Shown: in pieces, positions 26,858 through 40,249 of the stretch | How positions within the stretch are numbered: position 1 is the first letter of the stretch | Layout: each line of letters starts with the position of its first letter | NCBI GenBank assembly: GCA_050115495.1 | Contig: JASFQK010000004.1 | Coordinates: forward strand, 1-64,000 | Source: Phycisphaerae bacterium | Lineage (GTDB): Bacteria; Planctomycetota; Phycisphaerae; UBA1845; Fen-1342 | Reading direction: 5' to 3' | Length of the DNA: 64,000 nucleotides | Made by a program: the position numbers and the translations under genes | The notes under the pieces: model-generated | Told to the model about the DNA's origin: nothing | Seen by the model: only the letters and a program-made list of their open reading frames with translations | The model's database searches: none

Positions 26858-28435
26858 CTATTGGGAAGGGGCGGGCATGCGGATTTCGAGTGCGCGAACC
26901 TGCCGCGTGGCGATGTCCACGGCGAGGATGCGATGGTGGTTCGTGTCGGCGACGTAGAGCGTGTCGCCCGCCATCGACAGACCACCCGGCTCGAACAGGC
27001 CCGGGGCGGCCGGCGTGCCGATTTCCGGCCGGCCGGTGCCGAGGAACGTGGTCACTTCGTCGCTCTTCAAGTCAATGCGGCGGATCAGGTGGTTAAACGT
27101 GTCGGCGACGAAAAGCGTGTCGTTCGAGAGAGCCACGCCGAGCGGATGCTGGAAGCGGGCTGCCCGGCCGCGGCCGTCGCGAGCGCCGAAATCGAACAAG
27201 CCGCCGCTGCCGGCGACGGTGCTGGTCGAGCCGTTGTTGCTGAGTTCGACAGCGCGAATCGTCGAGATTTCCGAGTCGGCGACGAAGAGACGCCGGCCGT
27301 CGGTAGCCAGACCGGAAGGCTGAGCGAAGGCTGCGTCACGGTTCGGACCGTCCGTACCGTCTTCGCGGCCGGAGCCGGCGAAGACTGCGACTCGCGCCGT
27401 GTCGAGATCGCAGACCCAGATCTGATGCGTGCCGGCCATGGCGATGTACAGCCGATCGCCGACGCGGGCCAAATCCCAGGGTGAGTTGAGCTTGGCCGCC
27501 CGCCCGCGTCCGCCGTGATCGTGATACGCGGCCTGCTGCCCGTTGCCGGCGACGGTCGTGACCCGCTGCTTGTCGAGATCGACGGCGCGCAGGGCGTGAT
27601 TCTCGGTGTCGGCGACGTAGAGCGTCTGGTGATCCGCGGATAGCTCGAGGCCCTGCGGCTGATGAAACTGAGCTTCGGCGAACGTGCCGTCGGTGAGGCC
27701 GATCGCGCCACTTCCGATAACCTGCGTCACTTGGCCGTCCAGATCCGCCACGAGCACGCGGTGGTGGTTTGTGTCGCTGATGAACAGCCGGCGGCCGGCG
27801 GCGTCGGCGAGCACCTTGCCCGGGAAGGCCAGCGGGCCGTCGGGCGGGGCGTATTGCAGACCGGCCTCGCGCGGCTGAGCGAGTGCGCCCTTCGCTCCAA
27901 AGCGGTCGAGCAGGTTGCGGATAACTCGGTCGAGATCACCGCGGTGACCTTCGCCGGACATCTGCGTGACGACCTTGCCCTCCGGGTCGATGACGACAAG
28001 TGTGGGCCAAGCGCGAACGCCGTAGGCACGCCAGATCGTGTAGTCGCTGTCGACAACGACAGGGTGGGCGATGTTGTGGCGGCGGATGGCCTGGCGGATG
28101 TTGTCGGGGTCCTTTTCCTGATCGAATTTTCCGGAATGAACGCCGATGACGACCAGCGGTTGGCCGCGGTACTTGTCTTCGAGGAACTTCAGGTCGGGCA
28201 GGATGTGAAGGCAGTTAATACAGCAGTAGGTCCAGAAATCGAGCACAACGACCTGGCCGCGGAGGTCGGCCATCTTGAGCGGCTGCTCGGTGTTGAGCCA
28301 CTCGGCGGTCGGAGGGAATTCGGGAGCGCGGACGCGTGGCGCCAGCGAGGGATCCTGGCCGGGACTCAGCATGGGTGACCTCGTCAGCAGGAGCAGCAAC
28401 GCAAACAGCGTGGGCAGGCGGCGGGTAAACGCCAT
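26858..28435 (-). CDS. Thioredoxin-like plus NHL-repeat protein (NHLRC2/SOQ1-like)
   Basis: DFWTYCCINC, VIGVHSGKF, repeated VADTxNH NHL blades; signal peptide. Confidence 0.92.
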   Translation of the reverse strand: MAFTRRLPTLFALLLLLTRSPMLSPGQDPSLAPRVRAPEFPPTAEWLNTEQPLKMADLRGQVVVLDFWTYCCINCLHILPDLKFLEDKYRGQPLVVIGVHSGKFDQEKDPDNIRQAIRRHNIAHPVVVDSDYTIWRAYGVRAWPTLVVIDPEGKVVTQMSGEGHRGDLDRVIRNLLDRFGAKGALAQPREAGLQYAPPDGPLAFPGKVLADAAGRRLFISDTNHHRVLVADLDGQVTQVIGSGAIGLTDGTFAEAQFHQPQGLELSADHQTLYVADTENHALRAVDLDKQRVTTVAGNGQQAAYHDHGGRGRAAKLNSPWDLARVGDRLYIAMAGTHQIWVCDLDTARVAVFAGSGREDGTDGPNRDAAFAQPSGLATDGRRLFVADSEISTIRAVELSNNGSTSTVAGSGGLFDFGARDGRGRAARFQHPLGVALSNDTLFVADTFNHLIRRIDLKSDEVTTFLGTGRPEIGTPAAPGLFEPGGLSMAGDTLYVADTNHHRILAVDIATRQVRALEIRMPAPSQ

Positions 28436-28716
28436 TTCAACGGTCCTCCTGGCGGAATAACCGCCCGAGGTGGGCGGGCGACGACGCCGAAAGCGGCGTG
28501 CTGCCCTGTGCTCGGTGGCCGGCCCTGTCTGGTATTACCCGGTGGCGCGTCGGATTATTCCCCCTGGGGCGGCGCGAGGCGCACGCGAAGACCGTCACTC
28601 AAAGCGTGCGAGGGTCTGTGGTTGTGGATTGAGGGAGTCGTGATTTGTGGCTGAATGAATGGTGGGCCCCCCCGCGATACCTGTTAACGCCTTCGCGTCT
28701 CCGCGATGCCGTTGGC

Positions 28717-29064
28717 TCAGACGGTCATGTTCGACGTCTGGGACTGGGCCGGCTGCTCATCGGTGTGATTGTTCATGAGCTTGTCTTTCATGAGCCGGCC
28801 GATCTTGAACTTAACGGTGCGCTTGCGAGGTACTGGCACCTTCTCCATGGTCTTGGGGTTCTGGGCGAGACGGGCGGCCCGCTCGCGCAGCTCGAAGACG
28901 CCGAAGTCGCGGAACTCGAGGCGGCTGCCCTGACCGAGCTCGTCAACGATCTCGTCCAGGAAGCGCTGGACGATGCGTTTGACGATGACGCGCTTGTTGC
29001 CGGTTCGCTCGGCGATCCGGTCCACGAGGTCTTTTTTCGTCACGGTCCTGGTTGCTGTCTTCAT
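28717..29064 (-). CDS. HU/IHF family DNA-binding protein
   Basis: TKKDLVDRIA, LEFRDFGVF, AQNPKT, VKFK. Confidence 0.95.
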   Translation of the reverse strand: MKTATRTVTKKDLVDRIAERTGNKRVIVKRIVQRFLDEIVDELGQGSRLEFRDFGVFELRERAARLAQNPKTMEKVPVPRKRTVKFKIGRLMKDKLMNNHTDEQPAQSQTSNMTV

Positions 29065-29272
29065 ATCGTTCCCCACGTCACCGCCCGCCGGCGGGCTGAC
29101 TCCTCTTCACTGGTCATTTCCGGCACTTCCGAGGCACGAATTGAGACATCTCATATGGTGCCATGATACGGCAAGAGGCGCGGTCGATCAAGCGGAATTC
29201 CATGCGGGGTAACGAGTTAGCTACGTCGGCCCCCCAAGGGGGCGGCCGCAGGGGAGGACGTAAAAGAGCGTC

Positions 29273-31767
<2,495 letters not shown>

Positions 31768-31771
<4 letters not shown>

Positions 31772-32190
31772 GTCGCGGTCTTTGGCAGCCTGATCCATAG
31801 GTAGCCCTTGTCGTAGGAGGCTTCGACGGCATCCACGTCGATGGCTTCGGGCAGGGTGATCTCGCGAAGGAAGGGACCCTGGTCGATCTCCATCACGTGC
31901 ACGCTGAGCGGGTTGGGGACGCCCTCGGGCCGCGGATTGCGGCGGGTGCCACGGACGAGCAGTTGCCCTGGGTTGCGGCACTCGATGTCCACGTCGTCCG
32001 GGTTCATCCCGGCCAGCTCAACGCAGACGTAATAGGCGTCGGGCGTTTCGTACACATCGGTGGCCGGTTGCCAGGTTCCCTGGCCGCGGAATCCGACGTA
32101 GCTGCGTTTGTGCATCTCGTCCATCAGCTCGTGGATTCGGCGCGACCATTGGTCCATGTCACCGCAGTTGCCGAACTTGCTGAAGCTCAC
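31768..32190 (-). CDS. Hsp20/alpha-crystallin family small heat shock protein
   Basis: WQPATDVYET, ELAGM, GPFLREITLP, ASYDKGYLWIRLPK. Confidence 0.92.
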
Positions 32191-32307
32191 GGGCCACCCG
32201 CCTTCGCAAAATGAGAGCCGCGACGCCGATCCCACGCCGGCGCATGTTGGATTCTAGCCCACAGGGCCGCTGCTGGCGACCAGCGCGCCTGGTCGGGAAA
32301 TGGTCGG

Positions 32308-33738
32308 TCAGGGCTGGACGGTGATATCGCCGCGGTGGCGGAGCGTCAGGTGGACGGCGCCGTGGCGGCCGCGCACGGCCTGGAGGAAGGTGGCCGTCTG
32401 CCCGATGGGCGTATCGTCGACGGACTGGATCACGTCGCCGATGCGCAGGCGGGCCCGGGCTGCCGGGCTGGCATCCTGCACGTCGATGATCACCACGCCG
32501 GCAACATCGCCGCCGGCCTGCAACATGCGGCGCGAGTCGGCGGTGAGATCGGCGACGCGCATGCCACGCCAGATGACGGCGCCGCTGCGCATCCAGGCCA
32601 CGCGGCTGATCTGCCGGGCCTCGACGCGCGGCTGCACGCGGACGGTCCGGCCCTCCCGGCGGAGCGAAAGCGTGACTTCCTGGCCGACGGGCGTTTGGCC
32701 GACGAGCTCGGCGAGGGCCATGGGGGCGTCGATCGGGTGATTGCTGAGGTGCGTGATGACGTCGCTCACCTGGATGCCGACCTGGGACGCTGGTCCGCCG
32801 GGCTCGACCTGCTCGACGATGACACCGACATCGCCGGCGATGCCGACGGCGGTGCGCTGGGCAGTGGTAAGGGCGCCGACGGTGAGGCCGAGGTAGCCGT
32901 GCTGGATGGGCCGACCGGCCATGAGCTGCTCGATGATGCGGCGCTTGGCCGGGGTCAGCGGGATGGCGAAGCCCACGCCGACGTCGTCCGGCCCGTGCGT
33001 GTGGACGGCGGTAACCACGCCGATCAATTCGCCGCGCACGTTGAAGAGCGGGCCGCCGGAGTTGCCGGGGTGGATGGCGGCGGTGGTCTGGATCATGTCG
33101 GCGTAGAGGCGGTCGTCGACCTCGCCGAGGCCGGGCAGGCGACGGCCGAGGTTGGCGATCACGCCGATGGAGCTGCTGAGCTGGCCGTCATTGCCGAGGC
33201 CGTAGGGATTGCCGATGGCCAGGTTCCATTGGCCGCGGGCGACGGTGCTCCAGTCGCACAGCGGCGCCGGTGTCAACCCGTCGGCGTCCACGTGCAGGAT
33301 GGCCAGATCGCAGCGGGCATCGGCACCGATGACGGCGGCGGAGAGGCGGCGACCGTCGTGCAGAATGACCGTGATCTCGCCGGCGCCCTGGATTACGTGC
33401 TGGTTGGTCAGGATAACCCCGTCTTCGCGGAGGATCGTGCCACTGCCGTTGAGGGTGACGATCTGCTCGCTGCCCGTGCCGCCGGGGACGGGGGTGACGT
33501 ACTCGCGGCGGGCGCGAATGCCGACGACGCTGGGAGCGACGTGATCGACTACGTTCTGGAAGGCGCGTTCAAGAGCGTGGAGGTCGGGTACGTCGTCCGC
33601 GCCACCTGCCAGGGCCGCCGTCCGTGCCGGCCACAACGCCGCCAGGGCGGCGAACAGCAGCAGGACGTAAACCCAGAGGGGCCACGACACGAGGTTCGCG
33701 GCGGTCGTGCGTCCCAATCGCGCAGGAAGTGGGTGCAT
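32308..33738 (-). CDS. HtrA/DegP-family serine protease with two PDZ domains
   Basis: TNQHV, DLAIL, IQTTAAIHPGNSGGPL, GYLGL, two SPA/GPA..GD/SD PDZ motifs. Confidence 0.93.
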   Translation of the reverse strand: MHPLPARLGRTTAANLVSWPLWVYVLLLFAALAALWPARTAALAGGADDVPDLHALERAFQNVVDHVAPSVVGIRARREYVTPVPGGTGSEQIVTLNGSGTILREDGVILTNQHVIQGAGEITVILHDGRRLSAAVIGADARCDLAILHVDADGLTPAPLCDWSTVARGQWNLAIGNPYGLGNDGQLSSSIGVIANLGRRLPGLGEVDDRLYADMIQTTAAIHPGNSGGPLFNVRGELIGVVTAVHTHGPDDVGVGFAIPLTPAKRRIIEQLMAGRPIQHGYLGLTVGALTTAQRTAVGIAGDVGVIVEQVEPGGPASQVGIQVSDVITHLSNHPIDAPMALAELVGQTPVGQEVTLSLRREGRTVRVQPRVEARQISRVAWMRSGAVIWRGMRVADLTADSRRMLQAGGDVAGVVIIDVQDASPAARARLRIGDVIQSVDDTPIGQTATFLQAVRGRHGAVHLTLRHRGDITVQP

Positions 33739-33895
33739 AACTCCAGAGTCCTTGCGCCGGTGCGTACGGCGACGAAGCCGCAACGACGCCTATAGCAGCC
33801 CTTAATACGTCGGCTGGGCGGCCGCCTCGCATCATACGTACGGCGCAGGGTGCACGGAAGTCAGTTGTGGGGCGGCGCGTGGCGCCCGCGGCAGG

Positions 33896-35026
33896 TCACC
33901 GTTTACGAGACGTGCCGGCGGCAGCCGCGGCGGGTCGCTTGTTGGTGGAGGGTTTCTCGGACCTGGTGGATTTTGCGGTGTCCGCGGGCCCCTTGGCCGG
34001 CTCCTTCGCGGGCACGTCCGATTCCTTTTTGGGCAGCTTGACCGCGAGGGCCTGGGTGCGGATCTCGCGGACGAGATCGGGGTTGTCGCGGAGGAACTGC
34101 CGGGCGTTCTCGCGGCCCTGGCCGAGGCGCGTCTCGCCGAAGCTGTACCAGGTGCCACTGCGGGCGACGACGCCGCAGCCGGACGCCACGTCGAGCAGGT
34201 CCGATTCGCTGCTGATACCGCCGTCGAAGTAGATGTCGAACTCGGCCTCGCGGAAGGGCGGGGCGACCTTGTTCTTGACGACCTTGGCCCGGGCGCGGGT
34301 GCCGATGACCTGGTCGCCGTCCTTGAGCATGCCGATGCGCCGCGTGTCGATGCGGACGGAGGAGTAGAACTTGAGGGCCCGGCCACCGGGCGTGGTCTCC
34401 GGGCTGCCGTACATCACGCCGATCTTCTCGCGGATCTGGTTGATGAAGACGACGCTCGTGCGGCTCTTGCTGCAAATGGCGGTGAGCTTGCGCATGGCCT
34501 GGCTCATGAGGCGGGCCTGAAGGCCGACGTGCGAATCGCCCATCTGCCCTTCGAGCTCGGCCCGCGGCACCAGGGCGGCGACGGAGTCGACGACGATGAG
34601 ATCCAGCGAATTCGAGCGGACGAGCAGCTCGCAGATTTCCAGGGCCTCTTCGCCGCAGGAGGGCTGGTTGACCATGAGCTCTTCGAGATTGACGCCGATG
34701 CGCTTGGCCCAACTGGGGTCGAAGCCGTGCTCGGCGTCGATGAAGGCGGCGGCGCCGCCGGCCCGCTGCGCCTCGGCGATCATGTGCAGCGTGAGGGTGG
34801 TCTTACCGGATGACTCGGGTCCGAAGACTTCGAGGACGCGGCCACGGGGGACACCCGCACCGCCGAGAGCGAGGTCGAGCGACAGCGCCCCGGTGGAGAT
34901 GCCGTCGGTGGTGGGGGCGAGGGCCTCACGGAGGAACATGATGGTGCCCTTGCCGTAGGCTTTCTCGATTTGCTGGATGGCGCGGCTGAGGGCCTGCTCG
35001 CGCGTGCCTTCTTGCTCGATGGACAT
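33896..35026 (-). CDS. recA: Recombinase RecA
   Basis: [40 protein letters not shown]. Confidence 0.99.
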   Translation of the reverse strand: MSIEQEGTREQALSRAIQQIEKAYGKGTIMFLREALAPTTDGISTGALSLDLALGGAGVPRGRVLEVFGPESSGKTTLTLHMIAEAQRAGGAAAFIDAEHGFDPSWAKRIGVNLEELMVNQPSCGEEALEICELLVRSNSLDLIVVDSVAALVPRAELEGQMGDSHVGLQARLMSQAMRKLTAICSKSRTSVVFINQIREKIGVMYGSPETTPGGRALKFYSSVRIDTRRIGMLKDGDQVIGTRARAKVVKNKVAPPFREAEFDIYFDGGISSESDLLDVASGCGVVARSGTWYSFGETRLGQGRENARQFLRDNPDLVREIRTQALAVKLPKKESDVPAKEPAKGPADTAKSTRSEKPSTNKRPAAAAAGTSRKR

Positions 35027-35121
35027 GTCGGCCTCCTGAGGGAAAGTTATCGGCCGTTGGCGTTCAGGTCGTCGGCGTCGTGCCCCGGACCGCCCCGGGA
35101 GCTACTCGGACCACGACACTC

Positions 35122-35150
35122 ATTATGCAAACAAAGACCTAACGCGTCAA
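35122..35150 (-). promoter_or_regulatory. recA sigma70-like promoter
   Basis: Minus strand TTGACG-N17-CATAAT. Confidence 0.65.
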
Positions 35151-35864
35151 CCCCCCTGGCGGGGAAATCTCTCGGCCGGGGATCAGCTCCCGCGGCACGC
35201 CGATGTCCACGGTCAGCAGCCGACCGACGGCGGCCCGCGCTGCCGGGGTAACCAGGCCGGTTTTCGCGGCGACCATCGTGACCGTGGCGTGTGCGCGGAA
35301 GCAGGGCTCGTTCATTTCGCCCGTGTCGCCATCGAGGCCCGACGGCAGGTCGATGGCCACGCGGCGGGGGCGGACGGCGGCGTTGGCGATCCGCACCATG
35401 TCGGCCGCCGTGTTCCGAGGAGCACCGCGCGACCCGGTGCCCAGCAGGGCGTCGACGATCACGTCGGCCTGCTCGGCCTCGGCTTTCAACACACGAAGGC
35501 CGTCCGGTTCGAAGACGTTGATCAGCGGCAGGCTCATGCGTTCGATGATGCGCAGGTTGACGGCGGCGTCGCCACGCGGCCGGTCCGGCGGAACGGCCAG
35601 GGCGACGATCGCGGTCACGCCAGCGTTGTGCAGATGGCGGGCGACGACGAAGCCGTCACCGCCGTTGTTGCCGGCGCCACACAGCAGCACGACGTGGGAC
35701 TGAAGCGGGTCCACGAGGCTGCCGTGGATGAACTCCGCCACGCCACGGCCGGCGTTCTCCATCAGGACCAGCCCCGGAATGCCGACGTGCTCGATCGTCA
35801 GGACGTCGAGCTCGCGGATCTGCTGGCACGTCAGGGGTTCGCCGACCGGTTCACGGACCGTCAT
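35139..35864 (-). CDS. nnrE: NAD(P)H-hydrate epimerase (YjeF N-terminal domain)
   Basis: LMENAG, GAGNNGGDG, DALLGTG, AIDLPSG. Confidence 0.92.
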   Translation of the reverse strand: MTVREPVGEPLTCQQIRELDVLTIEHVGIPGLVLMENAGRGVAEFIHGSLVDPLQSHVVLLCGAGNNGGDGFVVARHLHNAGVTAIVALAVPPDRPRGDAAVNLRIIERMSLPLINVFEPDGLRVLKAEAEQADVIVDALLGTGSRGAPRNTAADMVRIANAAVRPRRVAIDLPSGLDGDTGEMNEPCFRAHATVTMVAAKTGLVTPAARAAVGRLLTVDIGVPRELIPGREISPPGGLTR

Positions 35865-35902
35865 GGTGCACCTCGCGGCGACGGCGGGCAGCAACGGGCG
35901 CG

Positions 35903-36442
35903 TCAGACGCGCTGGGCGCGCTTGATCTGCGGCGGATCGACGGGGCGGGAAGCCTCGCCGAGGGCCGGGTCGTTTTGCGTCGGGACGCTCTTGACGCGGT
36001 CGAGAACGTCGAGGCCCTCGACGACCTGGCCGAAGGCGCAGTAGCCCCACCCGTCGCTGCCGGGGTGGTTGAGGAAGCCGTTGTCGACCGTGTTGATGAA
36101 GAACTGCGACGTGGCCGAGTGCGGCTCCGACGTGCGGGCCATGGCGATGGTTCCGCGCTTGTTCGGCAGACCGTTGGCGGCCTCGTTCTCGACCGGCTCG
36201 TGCAGGCCCTTGGTCTTGGACGCAAAGTCGGGTGTGTGCCCACCGCCCTGGATCATGAAATGGGCGATCACGCGGTGGAAGATGGTCCCGTCGTAGAAGC
36301 CCTCATCGACGTAGCGGAGGAAGTTCTTCGTTGTGGCGGGAGCCTTTTGCTCATCGAGCTCGAGGATAATCTGTCCCCAGTCCTCGTCGCCGCAGGAGAT
36401 GTCCAGGGCCACGCGAACGCCGCTGCTGGCGGGGTCGGGCAT
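35903..36442 (-). CDS. Cyclophilin-type peptidyl-prolyl isomerase, cytoplasmic
   Basis: FYDGTIFHRVI, IQGGG, AMAR, SATSQFFIN. Confidence 0.95.
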   Translation of the reverse strand: MPDPASSGVRVALDISCGDEDWGQIILELDEQKAPATTKNFLRYVDEGFYDGTIFHRVIAHFMIQGGGHTPDFASKTKGLHEPVENEAANGLPNKRGTIAMARTSEPHSATSQFFINTVDNGFLNHPGSDGWGYCAFGQVVEGLDVLDRVKSVPTQNDPALGEASRPVDPPQIKRAQRV

Positions 36443-36508
36443 AATTCACTTGCCTCCGTTCGTTGGTTCGAGGTCGGGTCGTCAGGCGGCGGTGGATGGC
36501 CGCTGCTG

Positions 36509-37513
36509 TTATTCGTCGCCGTCGGCCGGCTCCTCGGGAAGCGGTTCATCTTCCGGAGGCAGGGGCTCGTCGGCGGGAGACTCGGGCTCTTCGAGGTTGG
36601 GGTCGCCTTCGGGCGGCGGGAACTCCGGCTGCTCGAGGTGTCCCTGGACCGGTACCGGAACCACGCCGTCGCCTTCCTCGCCGTGCTTGTGGCGCTGCTC
36701 GTACTCACTGCGTTCGATTCGGCGAGCGCTGATGATCATGACGGGCGTGATCGGCTGGGATTTCTCGGGCGCCTGGACGTCGTAGCCGCGGGCCTTGTAG
36801 CTCTCGAAGCGGCGCTGGGCCTCGGGGCCGACCGTCGTGGGCATGCTCTTGATCCGGTCGATGATCTCCATGCCGGAGATGATGCGGCCGAACACGCAGT
36901 GGCCGTAACGGGTCGAGCCGGCACAATCGAGCCGGTTGTTGTCGGCGACGTTGATGAAGAACTGGCACTGTGCGGAATGGGGATCCTGCTTGCGGGCCAT
37001 GGCGATGGTGCCGCGGGTGTTCTTCTCGGCGATGCGGCTCTCGTTTCGCACGGCGCCGTGCATGCCTTCGGTCTTGATCTCGCCGATGCCGGTGTAGCCA
37101 CCGCCCTGGATGATGAAGTCCGGCAGGACGCGGTGGAAGATGGTGCCGTTGTAGAAGCCCTCGTCGACGTAGCGGAGGAAGTTGCGCACGGTGGCCGGCA
37201 CACGCTGCTGGTGCAGCTCGATCACGACGGTGCCCCACACGTCTTTGGCCGTGCCGATCTCGAGCTCGACCAGCGGGCGGGCGCGCGTGAAGCGGGTGGA
37301 TTCCGGGACCGTTCTCTGGATCCGCGGGGGCTGTGCCGTCCCGCCGGGCCGGACGGCCGGCGGCTTGGTGCGCTGGGTGGGCCTAGGCGGCGGCTGTGTG
37401 CGCGCCGCGCGACGGCGTGCTTCGCGCTCGATAGTCTGGGGCCAGGCGTAGGCGCAGCCGAACACCACGATCAGCAGGGTCGCCAGCCAGGCGGTACGTC
37501 GGCTCAACATCAT
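36509..37513 (-). CDS. Cyclophilin-type peptidyl-prolyl isomerase, exported, acidic Pro-rich tail
   Basis: Signal peptide, FYNGTIFHRV, IQGGG, AMAR, QFFIN. Confidence 0.92.
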   Translation of the reverse strand: MMLSRRTAWLATLLIVVFGCAYAWPQTIEREARRRAARTQPPPRPTQRTKPPAVRPGGTAQPPRIQRTVPESTRFTRARPLVELEIGTAKDVWGTVVIELHQQRVPATVRNFLRYVDEGFYNGTIFHRVLPDFIIQGGGYTGIGEIKTEGMHGAVRNESRIAEKNTRGTIAMARKQDPHSAQCQFFINVADNNRLDCAGSTRYGHCVFGRIISGMEIIDRIKSMPTTVGPEAQRRFESYKARGYDVQAPEKSQPITPVMIISARRIERSEYEQRHKHGEEGDGVVPVPVQGHLEQPEFPPPEGDPNLEEPESPADEPLPPEDEPLPEEPADGDE

Positions 37514-37573
37514 GGCTCATCTCTCCGCTGCGGGGCCGTCTCCGCCGATCCGGCGGGAACATCCCCCACCATC

Positions 37574-38002
37574 CTATTCGACAGGCGGGCGGGGGGCCAC
37601 GCCGGTCAGCATATCGTACACGTCGTCGGGCAGGGGCGTTGGGCGGCCGTCGCGCCCGACACAGGCCAGCGTCGACGACGCCTCGGCCAGGAGCTGTTCC
37701 CCGCGGCGAAGGCGATAGCTGTGATCGACGCGCACGCCGGACAGCCGCTCCGTCGTGGTCGTCAGCGTCACCAGGTCATCGTAGCGGGCCGGGGCGCGGA
37801 ATCGGCATTCGAGCCGCGCCACTACGTAATACACGCTACGCTGTTCCAGGTCGCGGTAGCTGACGCCATTCCGGCGGAGGAGCTCGGTGCGGCCCATCTC
37901 GAAGAAGACGGCGAAGCGGGCGTGGTGGAGGTAGCCCATGGCGTCGACCTCCGCGTAGCGGACGCGGATGTCGATGTCACAACTCGAAATCGGCTCGGGC
38001 AC
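37574..38002 (-). CDS. Acyl-CoA thioesterase (YbgC/FadM hot-dog family)
   Basis: RVRYAEVDAMGYLHH, FEMGRTE, PARYDD. Confidence 0.9.
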   Translation of the reverse strand: MPEPISSCDIDIRVRYAEVDAMGYLHHARFAVFFEMGRTELLRRNGVSYRDLEQRSVYYVVARLECRFRAPARYDDLVTLTTTTERLSGVRVDHSYRLRRGEQLLAEASSTLACVGRDGRPTPLPDDVYDMLTGVAPRPPVE

Positions 38003-38042
38003 GATCGGCCTCTCCGGTCAGGGGTTGCGCGGGGGCCCGGTT

Positions 38043-38288
38043 TCAGGCTCCGAGCTGCTTGTGCGTGCCGTCGCACCAGGGCATGTTGGCGCTCTTGTGG
38101 CACTGGCAGATCCACTTCTTGCCGGGGGCGTCGATCTCGCAGATGGCAGGCTTGCAGCCGGTTTCGAGCCGGGCGTGCGCCCCGTCACAGTAGGGCAGGC
38201 GGGCCGAGTGGCCGCAGGTGCAGTAGGCCTTCTTGCCCGGGATCTCGTCGACAGCGATGGGCTGAGTGCCGTGTTTGGGTTCGGCCAT
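38043..38288 (-). CDS. CDGSH iron-sulfur domain protein (two domains)
   Basis: CTCGHSARLPYCDGAH and CQCHKSANMPWCDGTH. Confidence 0.93.
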   Translation of the reverse strand: MAEPKHGTQPIAVDEIPGKKAYCTCGHSARLPYCDGAHARLETGCKPAICEIDAPGKKWICQCHKSANMPWCDGTHKQLGA

Positions 38289-38450
38289 GGTCTATCCTCC
38301 TTCGTGGGGGTGGCTTGCCGGCGGTCTGCCGCCGCGCCGAGTCATGGATTATAGCTGCGCGGGGCGGAGCGCGGGATCGGCGGGCAGTTGTCGGCGGCGG
38401 GAATAGGTCATATAACCGCCGCGGGGCCGATTGATGCGGGAGAGTTGTCC

Positions 38451-40178
38451 ATGACCAACGCCGACGTGGCCCGGGTCTTCGCCGAAGTGGCGGACCTGAT
38501 GGAAATCAAGGGAGAAGATGCGTTCCGGGTGAACTCGTACCGGCGCGTGGCCCGCACGATCGACGATCTGGCCACGGACATCAACGAGATCGCCGCACGC
38601 GGTGAACTCACCGAGCTGGCCGGTGTAGGGAAGGGCTCCGCGGAGAAGATCCAAACATTGCTGGACACCGGGCGGCTGCCGCTGCGGGAGGAACTGGCGG
38701 AGAAGGTGCCCGACACGCTGTTGGCGCTGCGCGACGTGCCGTCATTGGGGCCGAAGAAGATCGCGTTGCTGTGGCGCGAGGTGGGGGTAACGTCGCTGGC
38801 GGACCTGCGGGCGGCGATCGACGCCGGGCGGATGAGCGGACTGAAGGGCTTCGGCGAGAAGAGCATTCAGCAGATCCGACAGGGGCTCGATTTCCTGGCG
38901 CGCAGCGCGGGGCGGATTCGGCTGGGCGTGGCGACGCGGGTCAGCCAGGCGGTGGCGGACGCCGTTCGCGAACTCCCGGGCGTGCATCAGGTTGAGGTGG
39001 CCGGCTCGCTTCGGCGGGGCGCGGAGACCATCGGAGACCTGGATCTGCTGTGCCTGGCGGAGGATCCGGAAAAGGTTATCGGACTGTTCACGAAGCTGCC
39101 CGGTGTGACCGAGGTCCTCGCCGCCGGCCAGACCAAGGGTTCGGTCGTCTTCGAGTACCGCCCGCGACGCTCGGTGCAGATCGACCTCCGCATCGTGCCG
39201 GCGGAGTCGTTCGGGGCCGCGTGGCAATACTTCACGGGCAGCAAACAGCACAACGTGCGGCTGCGTGAACTGGCCGTTCGTCGGGGCTGGAGCCTGAACG
39301 AGTACGGCCTAACCGAAGGCGACCGGGTCATCGCCTCACATACGGAGGAGGAGATCTACAAGGCGTTGGGGCTGCCGTGGTTACCGCCGGAGCTGCGCGA
39401 GGATCGCGGCGAACTGGCCCTGAGCGAAGTGCCGGGCGACCTGCTGACGCTGGCGGACATCCGCGGCGATCTGCACCTGCACACGGTGGCCAGCGATGGC
39501 GTGCATACGGTCGAAGAGATGGCGGCGGCGGCGAAGGCGTTCGGCCACGAGTACATCTGCATCACGGATCACTCGCACAGCAGCACCATCGCCAACGGCC
39601 TCGACGTCGACCGACTCGAAGAGCAGACGGCGCGGATCCAGAAGCTGGCGGCGAAGACGAAGGGCGTGCAGGTCTGGGCCGGCACCGAGGTGGATATTCT
39701 CGCCGACGGGTCGCTGGACTATCCGGACAAGCTGCTGGCCAAGCTGGACTTCGTGGTGGCGTCGATCCACAGCGGCATGGGACAGGACATCGAGGCAAAC
39801 ACGCGGCGGACGCTGGCCGCCATCCGGAATCCGTACGTGAACGTGATCGGGCACCCGACGGGCCGGCTGCTGAACAAGCGGGAGGCGATGGCCCTCGACA
39901 TCAAGGCGGTTTGCCGCGAGGCGGCCCGGACCGGGACCGCTCTCGAAATCAACGCCTCCGACTACCGGCTGGATCTGAAGGATCAGCATGCCCGCCTGGC
40001 CGCTGAGGTCGGGGCGCTGCTGTGCATCAACACCGACGCTCACGCCACGGACCAGTACGGGGACATGCAGTACGGCGTGTTGACCGGCCGGCGAGCCTGG
40101 CTGCGGAAAGAGCACGTACTGAACACCCGGACGGCGCGGAATGTTAAGAAATTTGTCATTTCTAAACGCGGCAAGTGA
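38451..40178 (+). CDS. polX: DNA polymerase X / PHP exonuclease
   Basis: FRVNSYRR, AGSLRR, GDLD, YFTGSKQHN, DLHLHT, ITDHS, EINA. Confidence 0.95.
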   Translation: MTNADVARVFAEVADLMEIKGEDAFRVNSYRRVARTIDDLATDINEIAARGELTELAGVGKGSAEKIQTLLDTGRLPLREELAEKVPDTLLALRDVPSLGPKKIALLWREVGVTSLADLRAAIDAGRMSGLKGFGEKSIQQIRQGLDFLARSAGRIRLGVATRVSQAVADAVRELPGVHQVEVAGSLRRGAETIGDLDLLCLAEDPEKVIGLFTKLPGVTEVLAAGQTKGSVVFEYRPRRSVQIDLRIVPAESFGAAWQYFTGSKQHNVRLRELAVRRGWSLNEYGLTEGDRVIASHTEEEIYKALGLPWLPPELREDRGELALSEVPGDLLTLADIRGDLHLHTVASDGVHTVEEMAAAAKAFGHEYICITDHSHSSTIANGLDVDRLEEQTARIQKLAAKTKGVQVWAGTEVDILADGSLDYPDKLLAKLDFVVASIHSGMGQDIEANTRRTLAAIRNPYVNVIGHPTGRLLNKREAMALDIKAVCREAARTGTALEINASDYRLDLKDQHARLAAEVGALLCINTDAHATDQYGDMQYGVLTGRRAWLRKEHVLNTRTARNVKKFVISKRGK

Positions 40179-40249
40179 AACGGGTTGCGTATTGCGGGCC
40201 CGAATTCGACTGTTTTTCGGCCGCGGCGCGGAATAGGGTATTTTACCTA

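Noticed and set aside
35903..37513. Tandem cyclophilin genes with similar DNA
   Set aside because: Ordinary cytoplasmic/exported paralog pair
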